DNA from: Raillietiella orientalis
Lineage: Eukaryota
DNA: 51,794 nucleotides
NCBI GenBank assembly: GCA_036172245.1
Contig: JAYWIR010000106.1
Location: 124,001-175,794 of the forward strand
Direction: 5' to 3'
The notes below the pieces were generated by a model that saw only the letters and a program-made list of their open reading frames with translations, was not told the origin of the DNA and ran no database searches. Shown piece by piece: positions 1 through 15,466 of this stretch (its first letter is position 1; the number at the start of each line of letters is the position of its first letter). The position numbers and the translations under genes are program-made.

Positions 1-451
1 TCCGAATGGGGGAGACCCTTCTCGAATCTTCTTCACCTTATACACTACCCCAAGCTTCGGATTTCATGTTTCCCTTTGCGAAACAGCGGCACGCTCGCCT
101 GCGGACCGCAAACCGAATTCGTGGAGAACACAGCAGGCAACGTGACACGCAGGAGAAGACGAAATGCAAAAAGGAAAATGACAAAAAAAAAGGGGGGGGG
201 GAAGCAAAACGTAGGTGACGACCCGCGTTTCAACTGCATATGGCATGGGAACGTGGAAACACTTTCACGCGACAGTCTTTCGACAGTGATTTTCATTACA
301 TACACATATAAAAGGTACAGAAAAACGCCAATCAATGAAAACGATACAGAATCCAATTTTTGTTACACCTCCAACTGCAAAATGTACAGAATCCGTAACC
401 CATCCAAATTGCGGTACATTCTCAATCCGACCGCTCTGCAATTTCAGCCAT

Positions 452-3194
452 TTACGTTTCTTCATCATAATCATCATAAGCATCTCGTTTGCGCTTAATG
501 GATGTGTTGCCGTCAGGAACAGGTTCGTGCTTCGTGTTATTTTCGAATTTGAGGTTCGAGCCGCTTTGCACCATAGGTACTGAACTATTACTCACTTGTA
601 CCTTGGGAACTGTATTTGGTTGACCTTGGTAGGAAGGAGAATTAAAAATTTCCTGACACTCAAGTCTACCTGATGTCATGCGGATTAATGGGGTTCCAGG
701 CTTTGGCATTGTGATAATCTTGGGTTTGGTGTTGAGAGAGGATATATTTGAAGACATTAATGCATTTGTGGGAATGGCAATGGATGTGCCTCCTTGCTTC
801 ACAAAGCTCACTGCAGGAGTGCTAATAGGCTGACGTGATGCTGGACTACATGAAACATGAAAGCTGCTGCGGGATGGAACTGCAACCGGAGGCTATGGAC
901 AGGGCAAAAACCATTCAAAATACATGAGTTCATAGTTCAACGCAATCAATGTGTGCATGCACAGAAGCATGTGAACTGCTGTTTACATCTTCACTGCATT
1001 CCACAAGATCATTTGGGGTTAATTTTGATTATCAACACATGCAAGTCAGAAAGTTGGATTGATTGAGATGAATACTCCACAAACTAAATCCATTCTTTTA
1101 GTTCTTATAATGTGCTATATCATTCTAAACCAGTCACTTGTTGATTGTTGATGATTAACAATTTATTATTATGGAATCAGAACTCATCTTAATTATACCT
1201 TAACTATCATTTCAACACCTTTAAAACAACAAACTTGAGTAGGACTTTCATTATAAAATACAGATATGTTCAAATATTACTAACAAAATGGACTAAGAAA
1301 CAGCACCCTATCGGAATCATGTCCCATGTATTTATGTAACTTGCTTATTCTCAATACAAAGTACTCAGCATTTTCACTGCAGATTTCCGTTTTAAACACA
1401 AAAACAATACAAATATTGTTACCAAGTCTGTCATAGATTAACATGTGGTATTCAACGACATCTCATGGTCTGTACAACTATCTTCAATCATGTCCAGCTT
1501 GATACTGTGGACTAACAGGCAGACCGCTTTCCCTTTTTTTATAGATGACACATTTAGAAGATAAATACATTCCTCAAATCATCCACAGAACATCCAGAAG
1601 ATTTTCAAGCTGGATACCTAATGTCTCCAAATTCATAATTCATTCCTGGGTCCCAGAAAGAACAATCTTCCGAAAGAAAAACTCATTTTTAAGGGGAAAT
1701 TCACCATGCTGCTTGCAGCAACGTAACATATAAATGAAAACTGTAACGACATTCAATATATTCTTTCCCAGAATTTTCTGAATTACAATGTCAAATGCGA
1801 CACAAAAGCTACATGAGTAACATGCACAAGAACGAGAGCAAATCGAAAAAAAGACAAAAAGTAATAGGAAAAATCTTTTCATCAAAACACAATAGAACGC
1901 CAACGTTGTTCAAATTCCATTCTTTATTAAATGAAAAAAGTCAACATTTCAAATCAAACATTCTTTGTCACATAAAAGCCCACTGTGATATGAAAACCCA
2001 GCATTGTTCAGGGCGGTAGAAAATTGAACAGAAAAACTTAAACCCCAACACCAGAAAGGATTCAAAAATTTTCAAGTTCACGCTAGGAGCATAAAGTGTG
2101 CAACGGAAACACTTCAAAACCACTTTCACTTCATGGTGTAGTAATCATAGACCTTTAAACTCTACAACAGTTGAAAACAATGGAGCATACTTTATTTAGT
2201 GTCTTCCAACAAACAATAGGGAAAATAACATGTGACTGGTCGTAGTAACATCACACAAAATGTTAGCTCGATGATATACACCACAAATCCATAGATATTA
2301 ACTCTCACATGCAATCCAGGCACAAAAGAAAATACACAAGTACTCAACAGTCATCATACCACGCTAATTGTAGACTAATCAAAAGGAGCTGAAAAGTTTC
2401 CAGCACAAGAGAACATTTACAGTGAATGTAATTTGCATCAGCATACTGAAAACGCGCTTGCTACGCACATAACATTGCTAGTTTCCATTTGCAATTTCAT
2501 CCTTACCTTCTTTAGACCTTTCAGTTTCAGGTTGCTAGAAGTTAAGCAATAGCGATCTGGTGGTAGTCTTATACCACAGTGAGGTTTTATTGGCGGTAAA
2601 GGATTTGCATTGCGTACTCGAGCAATTTCTAAAAGGAGCTAGAAAATACACAAGTTACCATGTTTTTAGAGACTTACACACTCAACCGAACTATGCATTA
2701 AATATGTACAACTGATTTAATTCCCAACACCCTGACGAAGTTCATTCTCTTGTGACATTTCAAATCAGTACCAAAGCAAACCTACACTTGCTTTCAAATA
2801 ATACACTACATCAGCACGAAAGAAATCAAATCCCATACATCTCTTGGTGGAGGAGAGGTAAAACTTCTGTCCGTCTGAAGCCGAACTGCCAGTTTGATAT
2901 CTTCAATATCGATTTGTTTTTTTTTTGCATGCCCAGCATAGATTCTTGCATCTTCTAATATACCAGTGACATACCCTTGCAGAAAAGTTCTTTCATGCTT
3001 ATGCAAACAGGAATAAATAACTTACTATAGGTAAAATCCAACAATTGGTTCACTACTTTCGACTCATACTCATGAACCCCAAGATCCTTTAATATCGCGA
3101 TTATAATATGAGCATCTTTGGGCAAATTAGGTTTATTGACTCCGCTATAAGAATTTGTATTACTTATGGAAGAATGTTGCTTACTACCAGTCAT
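452..3194 (-). CDS. TAF9: Transcription initiation factor TFIID subunit 9, 4 exons, 292 aa
   Basis: Exons 3194-3026, 2975-2839, 2638-2507 and 892-452 have GT-AG introns and compatible phases (879 nt). The translation contains the TAF9 histone fold and downstream motifs: [104 protein letters not shown], and a C-terminal [14 protein letters not shown] like metazoan TAF9. Confidence 0.95.
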
Positions 3195-4399
3195 GTTTCA
3201 TGCTTTTCAATCAAGCATTACAACCGCACACGGATTCCACTTTCCGCAACAAGCAGTTTAAACAATGGTAGGGGTGCCACATTAGCTACATCGATAAAAG
3301 ATACAAGACGAATACTAATTAGAGAAATCCAAGTACTTTGCAGAACTGATCTCATAAAAGCATAGTCCATTTCAGTTTTATGCATGACCTGATCAAATCG
3401 TGAATTTTCTGAAAGCTGACGAATCGAATTCCTAATCAAACCAATTCGGTATTTCCGTCTAGTAAAGGCAGTTTCCAGCTTTCTTCGTACTCTAAAGTCA
3501 GTACATAATCCTCTAACTGGAGCTCCAGCCGGAAAATGTGATTCAACATTCACCTAACGAAGAAATTTAAGTAATAAAATCGAATGAGCTGAATATAGAA
3601 AGCAGCAAGCTTTCCTTCTGAGTACATGCAATTACAATTTTCTAAAGCAAAACTATACAAGAACTACAATTCTTAAAAACTCAGTTTCCATTCCTTTTCT
3701 CTTGGCTTTGAAATCTAATGAGTTTCAAGAACCCTTTTCATTCAAATCGTAACTATTTTTTACGGACTGCAGATGTATATTCATGTCGAAATTATCCATA
3801 AACTGAGACAAAAATATCCAAAGTTCATAATTATTTAACCATCGCGACATCGTCCAAATTGATTTACTCATGTTCGCAAAAACCGTGTGCCAGTTGCAAA
3901 AATTCACTCATGCGTTTTAAATATCTGTTACTCCTATGCATTATTCAATTTGGCAAACTTCCTCTTGCGGCAGTTGAGGTAGTATTTGCTTAGGAAACGC
4001 TTCCAAGGGAAACCTCGAGAATAAGTAGGGAATTTCAGCCAATAATGATGTACTTTTCAAAAGGAAAAATGTTCTCAATCTAGTAATCTAATTACCTGAA
4101 AGGGAATGATTTCTCGTGGAACCATTTTTCCATCAAATCCTTTACTACTGACTTTGCCAAATAGGACAGAAATTGGAGACCTCAGAAGAAATAAAGACGA
4201 GTTCGAACGCTTACTTTATTTGAGATAAACAAGAACTGAAAACACGAAAACGTGCACAGACGATTCTCATTGGACCAAAAGACTTTCGAGAATCACATCG
4301 GCAACAGGAGACATATATCCATTGGAGATTGCATCCACCGGTGCAGCACCCATTACCTATCGAGAAGAGTACTGGATTTGTAGATGAGCAACATGACAT

Positions 4400-5420
4400 C
4401 GCCTGAGTGCCGTAGGCAGGCTGCGTCTTCCCTCCTTCGGCTTCGTGGATCTCGCGGAACTCGGATGGAAAGCAAATCGACGTGCGGATGTGCTGCCCGC
4501 GACTATGTCAAAGCTCGGAAAGGAATTGACGTGATCACAGTGAAGCTCCAGCACGAAACGACGCAGAGCGACACACCAGACCACACACGACGGTTTGTGG
4601 GTACTTGCTGAAGTCTCAGAATTTCACAAGTGCTCACAAACGGATCTTTGGGTTCCTCATTTTCCACTCCTATCCACATCATTCCTCAGCAGTGCTGAAG
4701 GTAACGGAGTAAGATCGATGCCAACTCGGAACGCTTCGCGGCCTTAGCAGAGGCTGTAGACTCCATCCCCCGCCACTCCTTGAATGAGCACTTTTGAATG
4801 CTCAGTGAAAGAGTAGATGCAAGCTCGGGAAACCGTATATAGCAGCAACAGGCAGTGAGACGCGCGTGCTGAAAACCCTCGAGCCTATGGCTGCTCAGAT
4901 AATTCCGCTGGAGTTGGGTTAACTTCGAGGCACGCCTACCGCCTTCCAAAGAGAGCTTATCGTAAGCAGGAGACCCTGCATGACCAGAATGGATTGAATG
5001 GAGGGATTATCTGATTTGCTGACGTTCGTTTCCCTTTAAAGGATTGGAGAGGCACTCCAAAACGTTGGCAACAGGGAACACTTGGCGAGACAAAGTGTTT
5101 CCGACGACCCAGAAACGCGGAGAACGGAAGCAGTACGTATCAATTAAAGAGATAGGAATGGAGAAGTTTTAGTTTGCCGGACGGACGGCCTCCTCTTATC
5201 TGTAAGCAGCGCGCAGCTCTCTCTCTCTTTTTCAAATTCACAGTGAACCTTCTCACAGCTTCGGGGAAGAGCCCAAAAGTTTCCGATGCACACCTCACGG
5301 TTTTGCAGCATGCAAGGCATACGTTGCAGTTGGTCCAGCGCTTTCACCTGCCTAACTGAAATTCCTTCGTGATATCCTCGAGTGCTATGGACGCACCTGG
5401 CAAATGCTTTCATCTTGTGC
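4400..5420 (-). mobile_element. Highly degenerate non-LTR retrotransposon RT relic (boundaries approximate)
   Basis: Minus-strand translations give HSTRGYHEGISVRQ (like QxGFxxGxS), EVCIGNFWALPRSCEKVH (like FLDLxKAFDxVxH) and LASTLSLSIQKC (like GLxLNxxKC), in the expected order. Motif resemblance only. Confidence 0.35.
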
Positions 5421-5432
5421 TCCTGACGTCAT

Positions 5433-5945
5433 TTAACACCATCCATGTTTGAAATGCACGCATACACTTACGTTCTTATGATTCGCTTGCACACAAAGAA
5501 GTAAACAAAATGCCACTTTGATCGGCTAACGATGCTCGGTTTTTCGATCACCTCTCTGAAACACCGAGAATAGCATAGTTGCATAGCTGTGTGTCGTACA
5601 TAACTTACGTGACTGTGGAGTGAAAGAGTAGAAGATCGAATGATCCCACCCTCGTGGGACTACAGAAATCGTATGGAATTTATTATATTGCATTGCACCC
5701 AAAGGAATTATTGCTTCTATTGGCATTATGATGAAAAATTTCAAATAGGCAACATGTGTTTGGCAAAAATTAAAATATTTTGTATGATGTGGTGTAGATA
5801 AACGATTCCGATGGTGGCTTTAAGCAGCACTCGATAGAACACACGGTACGAGATAGAACACTCCGTCTACAGAGATGGCAACACTGGTCGCGTGCCGTCC
5901 ACGCAGAACACTAAAATCTGATGCGCTCTGCACACAAAGGGTTAA
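5433..5945. mobile_element. Possible non-autonomous piggyBac-like element
   Basis: AT-rich segment bounded by TTAA (5433-5436) and AAAGGG-TTAA (5936-5945), the typical piggyBac end. Degenerate ~20 bp subterminal repeats (gatagaacac x2, gatggcaacact, cgcagaacact) lie at about 5834-5912. The left terminal inverted repeat matches poorly. Confidence 0.3.
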
Positions 5946-6089
5946 CAGCTTAGGGGAGCAAACAGCGGGAGGTGGGCACAACGTGACTGAACCCGACGAC
6001 GCCGGGATATTTAGAGAACAGTTCTATAAACATAAATGCGAAACCAGTTCCCAAATGAATAGATAAAAACGAAGGGGAGGGAAGGTGAA

Positions 6090-7950
6090 GACTGGAATGG
6101 GGTTTTTCGAGTGGACCGCGATGATGTCGCCACAACGGCTTCTGCCGAGAGTCCTCCACGTGCGAGTAATCTTCGCAGCCGGTACTTCGCGATCTCCCCA
6201 TGATGCCAGAGTGCTGAAGACGCTATCCTCCACGCTTCTTCAAGACTGCCGCAGTCCATCACAAGGTTCAGGAACGATGCCAAAGCACTCGCATCTCAAG
6301 CAGCTTGGTGACACACCTTCGGCAGATACCAGGTGCCTGCGCTAGTTTTGCTGAAAGCTCCAGCGCAGAAACTGCAGAACTTCTTGTTTCCACCATAGCG
6401 GAGCACTGCAGTGACTCTACAAAGGGGAAGGAACAAGGGTACTTCTTCTGAGGACACGCCGAGCGGGTCTTTCGACGAAGACGATGCGCAGTGGAGTGTG
6501 CAAGCCTACCCAGCCTGACTTCTCTCTCCTGCGATGGCTCTGTACAGCACACAATTGGCCGGGCAGGAGGAACAGCCGTCGTTGATCGCCTCAGGGTAGA
6601 TGGCACTGTGGAAAGAGATGTGGTGACCAGGCTCCGCAAATTCTGGTCCCCAGTACCTCTTTCAAAGCATGTCTGAAGAAGAGTCGCATGGGTTGAGGCT
6701 CCGCTGGCCGCATTCGTGGGCGCCCAGGCCGAAAGCCACGACCTCCTGCTGCCTCCAAGAAGTGCACTCCAGGGAATGGCAGGAGATCGATGGTTGGCCT
6801 TTCAGGAGGGAGGCGAGTTGCTCAGGGTGAAGCCAATTTCTGTAACCGGTACAGCATCCAGAGCGACCCTTTGCTGCCGGTGCACCTTTCGAAGATGAGG
6901 CATGCGTGGCCGCACCACGGGGAATTCCCGGGGAAGTCAGGACTCCCTGGCCGGAATCCTGGTTCGGCGCCAACAAATCTTAAATTCGGATTCAGGATTA
7001 CTTGTTGCAACGCTCGTTGCACCGATGTGCGCTGGAGGCCACTGAACAGTGGCACTTTCTCATCTCGAATGGCTGTACCATTTCTTCACGCGAAATTAAT
7101 CGGATTGGTGCGGTAAGGGAAAGGGGGATGCGAGCCGGCTCGAAACCAAAGGGACTTCCCCCACTAGGGACAAAAACTTGGTAGTACCTATGATTGGATG
7201 ATTACATAGGAAATGGAGTGGACTGCATCACGGTGCTCAGTATGCGCACCGAGGACCTTGGAACTCACATCCCACATTTCGCTGCCGTTCTCTGACAGGA
7301 GAAGGCGATCGCAGCTCCGCTGACCCATTAAGGGAGCCCCTGCCAGCTGCACGCTGTGGTCAATCGCCACCTAGGAGGTAACCGTTCCACCTCTTTCGTG
7401 GACAAGGCCTATAGGAAGCTGGATCGCCTCCTCGGCAACGCCCTTCCATCCCTCCTGCGTCACAGGCGCGCGTGCGTCGCGGTCCTCGCCTTCCCGTAGC
7501 GGTGACACTCCTTCGGCGCTCTCCCACACGAGTATTGGCACCGTTTTTCGGCACGTCAGAGTCTCCGAACAGCCGCCGAAGAGTCACGCCGAAGGATATG
7601 ACGGGATTTGGGACTGCACCGGGATGTCCGGGAGATCCTCTATGCCGGAGGCACTGCTCCCAAACAATCTCTTCTTCGGCGGGCCGAACTGCATCGCCCC
7701 TGGATGCAGTCCTTCGGACCTGGTGGGAGAGGAATTCGGTTAGACAGCAGAAGTCTCCGTGGACAGCTCCGAGGCTGTTGGACCTGAAGGACGATCGTTT
7801 GGGGACGACGACTCCTTCTTCGCAGAAGGGCTGGACGGAAGCGCCAGCGTCCTTCCTTTCTCGGGGGTAAAGTGCACTCCCTGGAGGAGAGTTCTTGGTA
7901 TGGAACGGGACTTTGGTCCGCGAATCGGATGCTCGGAGATCCCGAGAACT
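6090..7950 (-). mobile_element. Degenerate, internally deleted L1/Tx1-like LINE ORF2 relic
   Basis: Ordered remnants on the minus strand: AVHGDFCCL (APE GDFN), RPAEEEIVWEQCLRHRGSPGHPG (EEV..L..GKSPG.DG), QLAGAPLMGQRS...SKVLGA (GA.LN..KS...KVLG), IRLISREEMVQPFE (VSR..M..P..GG), ICRRC...RVLWH (C-terminal zinc finger) and EAWRIASSALW. Confidence 0.55.
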
Positions 7951-7959
7951 CAGAAAAAG

Positions 7960-8880
7960 AAAATACACATACGCTCAGTGTACGTGTATTCATATACACA
8001 TTCGTTTTCATACACGCAGTCATTCAGTTTGTTAGCTTTCACATCATTAACAGTAATACCGTTTCCTGTAATTAATTATCCTATTTTTATTATTGTAATA
8101 GATACGATGCAGATTATATTATCCGTAAACACACGGAACATTATGAAACATAGTTGTATGAGGTCATCATATACATTTCTATATACATGAATGTATACGA
8201 AAACTAATAAAAACGTACATATTCATGCGCATATATTTACATTAAAATTAATAACTGAACAATATATCTGAACAAGATTATAATGAATAGGTAAATCCGT
8301 GTGTGTATGTATGTGTATGTGTACATGCAGCTTTAGAATACACGTTTTCATTAATCCATTTTTTTTGTTAAGTTTTGTGAATTTGTTTGGTTTTTGTTTG
8401 TCCTCACCATTTTGGTCACAGTTAGTTTTATATTTCAAATATCCATATTTATTATTCATTGATTCTATGTCTAATCGTTTATTACGTTTACATTTATTTA
8501 TGATATTTATGTTCATTAACTACATATGCATGTTCATCCACTATATATATGTGCTCCTTTATTATGAATGTGTGTTCGTCGAGTACATATGTATATATAT
8601 CCATTTCGTAGCAATGTATCCATTCATTGGGTATGTATATCCATGCATCTTATATAATTAGTGGATCAATATGGATGTTTATACTCTACGCATGAAATAA
8701 ACGCATCTATTTGTCTGTATATGTATTTATAATCTTGTACACACACTTCAACTACGTGTACATTTGATAAATGAACTCTGTCACTTAACCTTAATGAATG
8801 TGTTTTCCAATAATGTTTCTGCTACTAATAATCAATAGGAATAACCAAGAATTTGTACGCTAACCTGTGGAGAATAGGCA
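7960..8880. repeat. AT-rich low-complexity tract with degenerate (TATG/TACA/TA)n microsatellites
   Basis: Sharp composition shift from GC-rich flanks, with runs such as gtgtgtgtatgtatgtgtatgtgtacatg (~8299-8328) and tacatatgtatatatatcc. Confidence 0.7.
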
Positions 8881-9329
8881 TGTGTGTTTCTTTTTTCTAA
8901 TCTTCGGGTATTGGGATAAGCACCTGCGGAAGGGGAAGTGGACACTGCCTGCAGATGGCAGGAGCAGAGCATCCACTTCCCTTCCGAAGGAATCCTTGCT
9001 CTCTCCTTCGACGGAAACTTCGCTAGGAATCCTATGCTGAAGAATTCTGCAGTCCCTGAGGGGAATATGCTGGCGAAGAGTTCAAGCGCGTGTGCGCGCG
9101 TGCGTGCGTGTCAGTTGGGCGCGCGTCGTTTCATGAGGCAGGCGCGTTGCGCAAATTTCTTTCCTAGTTGCCCGTTCGCACTGTGCTAACGGCTGTACGC
9201 CCTCTGGAGCTGGAGAGAGTGGCAGCCACCGTCACTCTTGCAGCTGCAATGAAGGGTTTCGGCTGGCAGCCTGGACTCTGCTCCGAGAACCGGAAAAAAA
9301 CACTTCAGCAGCTTCAGGAGCTATTCGCC

Positions 9330-11400
9330 CGAACGGGAAGCTGATGATGGATGGGCATCGCATGAGGTCTAGCTAACTGATGCGCAGTGAGGCTAGGGAA
9401 ACCTGGCGCGGTTCCTGCCAGCCAGCCTGCAGGAAGCAACATGGCAACTTCAAAAGGAACAGCAAGGATGGTATCAGGATTACGAAAACTTTGATGGATT
9501 TTGCACGGTGAATGCCAGTCGTCAACCAGCACAACGTCCGTCTTTCACAAACTACGCATCTGCAGCTGTCTTACCTGCAGAGATGCTGACCAAACCACCG
9601 ATTGAGGTCACTGGCTTTCGTCTCGAAGCAAACCGAATTCTTCGGCTTTCAGCAACCGATCTGTTGTTCTGATGCAAGAACTGTTGAGGCTTATAGCAAG
9701 TGGACAGTCCTTTCCACGAAAGTGTCCTCTTCTACGCGCTTTCTGAGTGGCCGCACGTGTCCTCCTTGTTGGATGACATCCTGTGACCAGCATACACGTG
9801 GAACCACTGCAGAGAGCATCGAAGGCACAGATGAATTGAGCTCTCGTGATAGTTTCCAATACACAGTCATTCACACTGCCCGAGTCGGTGGCCTGGCACA
9901 GGTAGTTTTCACGGGAGTTCTCTTCGAAGAAGACCGGGGAAGAGGGTTCCTTTTGGCGTTCGCTCCCAGACGTAAGAGCAACAGCCTTCTTCCGCAGGAG
10001 CAGTCTTGCATTTATGGGTTAGTGCCTCCGGAGATACCACCACCTGGAACTTGAAGAATCAGAAAGCATCCTCCAGTGACGGTGTCGAAGTTTCCCTCAA
10101 GTAGGTAGAACGGTTCCTCACCTCTCAACGATGAAAAAAAAGAGAACTCTTCCTCACCCCACCGAACAGCTGGAACAAAGAAACAAATGCAGAACTCCCA
10201 AGTATTTCCCTTTATCGAGAGCCACTCGGGAGGACAGAGAGGTCTCACAGTCAACTCAAAAGCCGCAACAGCCCTGTTGGACAGCATAGAGCGCAGTGGC
10301 GGCCGTAGGAAAGCTCTAAAACTGCGAAGCACCAGCGGAGTGCGGGTATGCTGCTGAAGTTCGAAAATCCAGTGGTGGTAGATCGAGGATGGGTGTTGTT
10401 CGTCCGAGAAGGGAAACACGACGTGCATCTTTCGCAGTGGCTAACAAAAGTTTGCCTTTCCTCCAAAGAAGAAAGATACATTTTCTGGAGTAGGTCGGAC
10501 GGCTCCATAAGAAATGCGACCTGTCTTTTCCGTAAGAGCGAAGGTGCGCCCATGACTTTGGATCGCCGAAAACTAGGGGCAGCGTTCGTGCATCGGGGAG
10601 TCTGGAATCCTGATACACTAGAAGCACAGCGAGAGAACTCCATCGTCGCTACCCCGCTACCCGGACAGCAGAAGAGCGACCGGGATTCCAGGGAGACAGT
10701 CCGCGGACCTGCGAAGAGAACGTCAGTGAATCTTCTGACCGCCAGGGGAACGCAATGCTCCGCAGCTGAAAGCAGTCTGCGTGACGTGGATCCAAGAATC
10801 TGAAAGAATTCGGCAAGGACCAGAAGAGGTGGCCTCAATCACCGTCAACCCTTAGCATCAGTGATGTGCGCCTTCAGATGGAAAAACGAAATTTGCTGAG
10901 CAGCATGATGAGTGACCTCGCGCTACGAACCGGCAGTGGCGAAAGTTGTCAGCAGATTTGGACGCAAATCCCTAAACTCTGACTTCGAGATTCATCTTCA
11001 GATTCGTGGCAATTCTTTGAAGAAATCAGAGAACGTGAAGTAAGCAAGGAGAATCCTCTTACGAATACAGAAAGGTACCATCAAGCGTTGACAGGGGGAA
11101 TGCGGAGGCACTGTCGTGGACCGAGTGGCTGCGCAAACACGTGGACGTCACAGTCAGCTAACCAGCCGGCCAGCTCGCAGAGATCCTGCTACATCACGCG
11201 ACTATGGAAATGCACATTCGGACATGAAATCTCGTCTTTTTGGAGAAACAAGCACTTTGATGGAATGTTTCCGCAGCTAACACTTAGTTATCATTTCTTG
11301 CAGGCGACTACAGCAAGTTATGCCCAAACTTTCACCCATTCGGTCACAGCAGCAACTTTTCTTCCCATGCCTGATGTCTTTTCTGCCATCTTCCAAACAA
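9330..11400 (+). mobile_element. Degenerate, internally deleted L1/Tx1-like LINE ORF2 relic
   Basis: Ordered remnants: ASLQEATW (APE LQE), NSLLPQEQSC (LI.PEQT), GLTVNSK (RT GL.VN..K), EGKHDVHLSQWLTKV, RYIFWSR...CLFRKSEGA (F.W...L..P..EGG) and RLWKC...SFW (H.LW.C zinc-finger region). Confidence 0.55.
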
Positions 11401-12329
11401 TTGTCCTCTGGTTCTAATACATCGTTCTCTACCGGAGACACTGATGCTGAAGAAGATGCAAAGGCGAAGAAAGGAATAGCAAGCAACTGCTCTATGTTTT
11501 CAGGAAAGATTTTTTCTTCTCCCTGGCGGTCAACCACTTTGCAAGGGCAAGTCGGAAGGAAAGAGTTCGTTCCAGGACTGGTGAGCTGCATGAACCATTG
11601 GGAAGTCTTTATTGATAAAAGTGTTGACATTTGCTGTTGAAACTGTGCCATTGACCTCAATCGTCACCTAGAAACAATCCTCTCTTCGATTCAATTGAGA
11701 ACCCTTCCATTGCTAACTCAGAAACAAGAGAGAAACTCTTTTAGACGAGCAACGTTTCTTTTATGATAGGAACGCATTTCTTACTGGGATAGTAGCGAGC
11801 ACATATGACGTACTCTGGTTGATAACCGTGGAAATCCAACCACATGTTGCTATTACCCTTCGTTATGACGTGAACTGAACTCATCGCGCTTCCGTTATCT
11901 TCAAAGGTCAGAATGCGACGAAAAAGTGCGCGCAGCCCGCAAAGGCTTCTTCAAAGGACAAGAATGACATGTGGACACCTTGGAATGACAGTGTCTTTCC
12001 ATCGCTGTATCTACGAAAACCAACGCAACGCATAACTGATTCTTCTAACAGTCTCTCTGGATTCGACTCGCTTGTCTAATTCAGGCGGAAGTCATGAGTA
12101 GAAGTGACCCAGCAATGTCGACTGCGCTGGCAACACTGAACTTGCGCATTTCTTCCTTTGAAAACTCTACCGTCCTAGTTTTCAAAATTATGGAGAGTTC
12201 ATCGTTTGGCATACGAATAATTCCTTCAGCTTTTGAGAAATCTCCGACATTCATTATGCTCTTTGCTTGGACGCATCACGCACCATAGCACTCCCAGCAT
12301 CCTCAGCTTCGAAACAGATCAGTGCGTCT

Positions 12330-12800
12330 GTCGCAGCATCCTAATCGTTGACCCCATCTTTGTGGGGTAGAGTGGAAGAACGCAAACTTCGTCCATACAC
12401 CACTTGATCCTGGAACCGCTATGTAGTATGGCAAATCTACAGGAGAGACGTTTTGGGACGAAGAACTGGCCAAAGGGTTCCCTCAGGCACAGAAGGCAAT
12501 TTGGCAAAGATCGCAAAGCACAAATGTCCGGTGCATCAAGTGAATCAGAAGAGAATTGGAAAGCAGGAAGCGAATATCAATTGCACGCCGAAAGCCAGAA
12601 AACCGGAAGCATCGAGGTGCAGAGGATAACCTCGATGCCCAAGGTCCTAAGGCAGCGAAAAAATTTCTAAAATGTCTGCTGTCCACCGTGCTCAAGCCAC
12701 AGGCTACGGAGGCAAAGGAGGGATTGAAAGTCGCGTTCTGCGAGCCCTCTCCATGCATCTGAAAAGAAGTCCCGAAAGTGCGGCTTTCCTGCCCGCCAAC
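12330..12800 (+). mobile_element. LINE APE/linker relic upstream of cathepsin L (also duplicated at ~24570-25040)
   Basis: DPIFVG*SGRTQTSSIHHLIL (like PTF....S.ID.IL), FWDEELAKGFPQAQKAIWQR (PWW..EL......KAW) and AKKFLKCL (K.FW). Motif resemblance only. Confidence 0.35.
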
Positions 12801-13418
12801 GTCAGTTCATAAAGGAATCGTTCAATTTCACCGCCGCCTTCCCCGTTGAGGCACGCATAAGGTTCTCGCTCTCCTGACCAACCTTCGTGTGCACGTTCTA
12901 CTGTGTGCATTCCACATTTCTGGTAATGGGGGTTCCTCGTGCGATTTCTCAGTATGTCAATAGGAATTTGCAGCAGAGAGGTCAGCGCAGCAGCACCAGA
13001 GTGATTGGGAATTCATTGCGCGTTTGGTTGCCTCAATGGAAAGAGCGAAAGAGTGTGCAAGAGTTCCGGAAGCAACTTCTGTTGTGTGCCTTTTTTGAAC
13101 GCAGCTCACTGCAAACACCCGCGCGCTCACGCTTGGGTCTGAAGGATTGCATCGAGTCAAGGTGATGGTTGTGAATCGACCCCTGCACGAGAAATGACAA
13201 AAGGAGGGTTACCACAAAACATCCTTTTAATCGTGCGTATCTCACGATGAAGCCACGACTTTCCATCTGCTTGAGATACTTGAAGATTACGGATTTTAAA
13301 TTTGTAAATTATCTCTTCAGGAGGACACCTGCTCCCTGATAAGCACGTCCTCGACATCGGCAAAGGATATTAATAGGCGGGAACTGCAGACCAATTTGGC
13401 AGAAGGATTTCCTTGTCA

Positions 13419-13424
13419 TTTCAG
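13419..13424 (+). promoter_or_regulatory. TTTCAG splice acceptor 14 nt before the cathepsin L ATG (5'-UTR intron or trans-splice site)
   Basis: ccttgtcatttcag|agctcctcgcgaagATG; the same site is present in the duplicate. Confidence 0.5.
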
Positions 13425-13438
13425 AGCTCCTCGCGAAG

Positions 13439-15453
<2,015 letters not shown>

Positions 15454-15460
15454 ATTCGCA

Positions 15461-15466
15461 AATAAA
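15461..15466 (+). terminator. Polyadenylation signal of cathepsin L
   Basis: AATAAA 7 nt after the TAG stop, conserved in the duplicate at 27698. Confidence 0.7.

Noticed and set aside
1505..1590. Box C/D snoRNA in TAF9 intron 3 (GTGGATGA...TCCAC terminal stem, minus strand)
   Set aside because: The C box is imperfect and there is no CTGA D box next to the stem.
893..4300. AK6/CINAP sharing the TAF9 locus, as in vertebrates
   Set aside because: No Walker A (GTPGxGKT) or other adenylate kinase motif was found upstream of TAF9 or in its 1.6 kb intron.
8223..8661. ORFs of 97 and 120 aa
   Set aside because: Products of AT-rich microsatellite-like sequence, with low-complexity Y/I/C/M/F composition.
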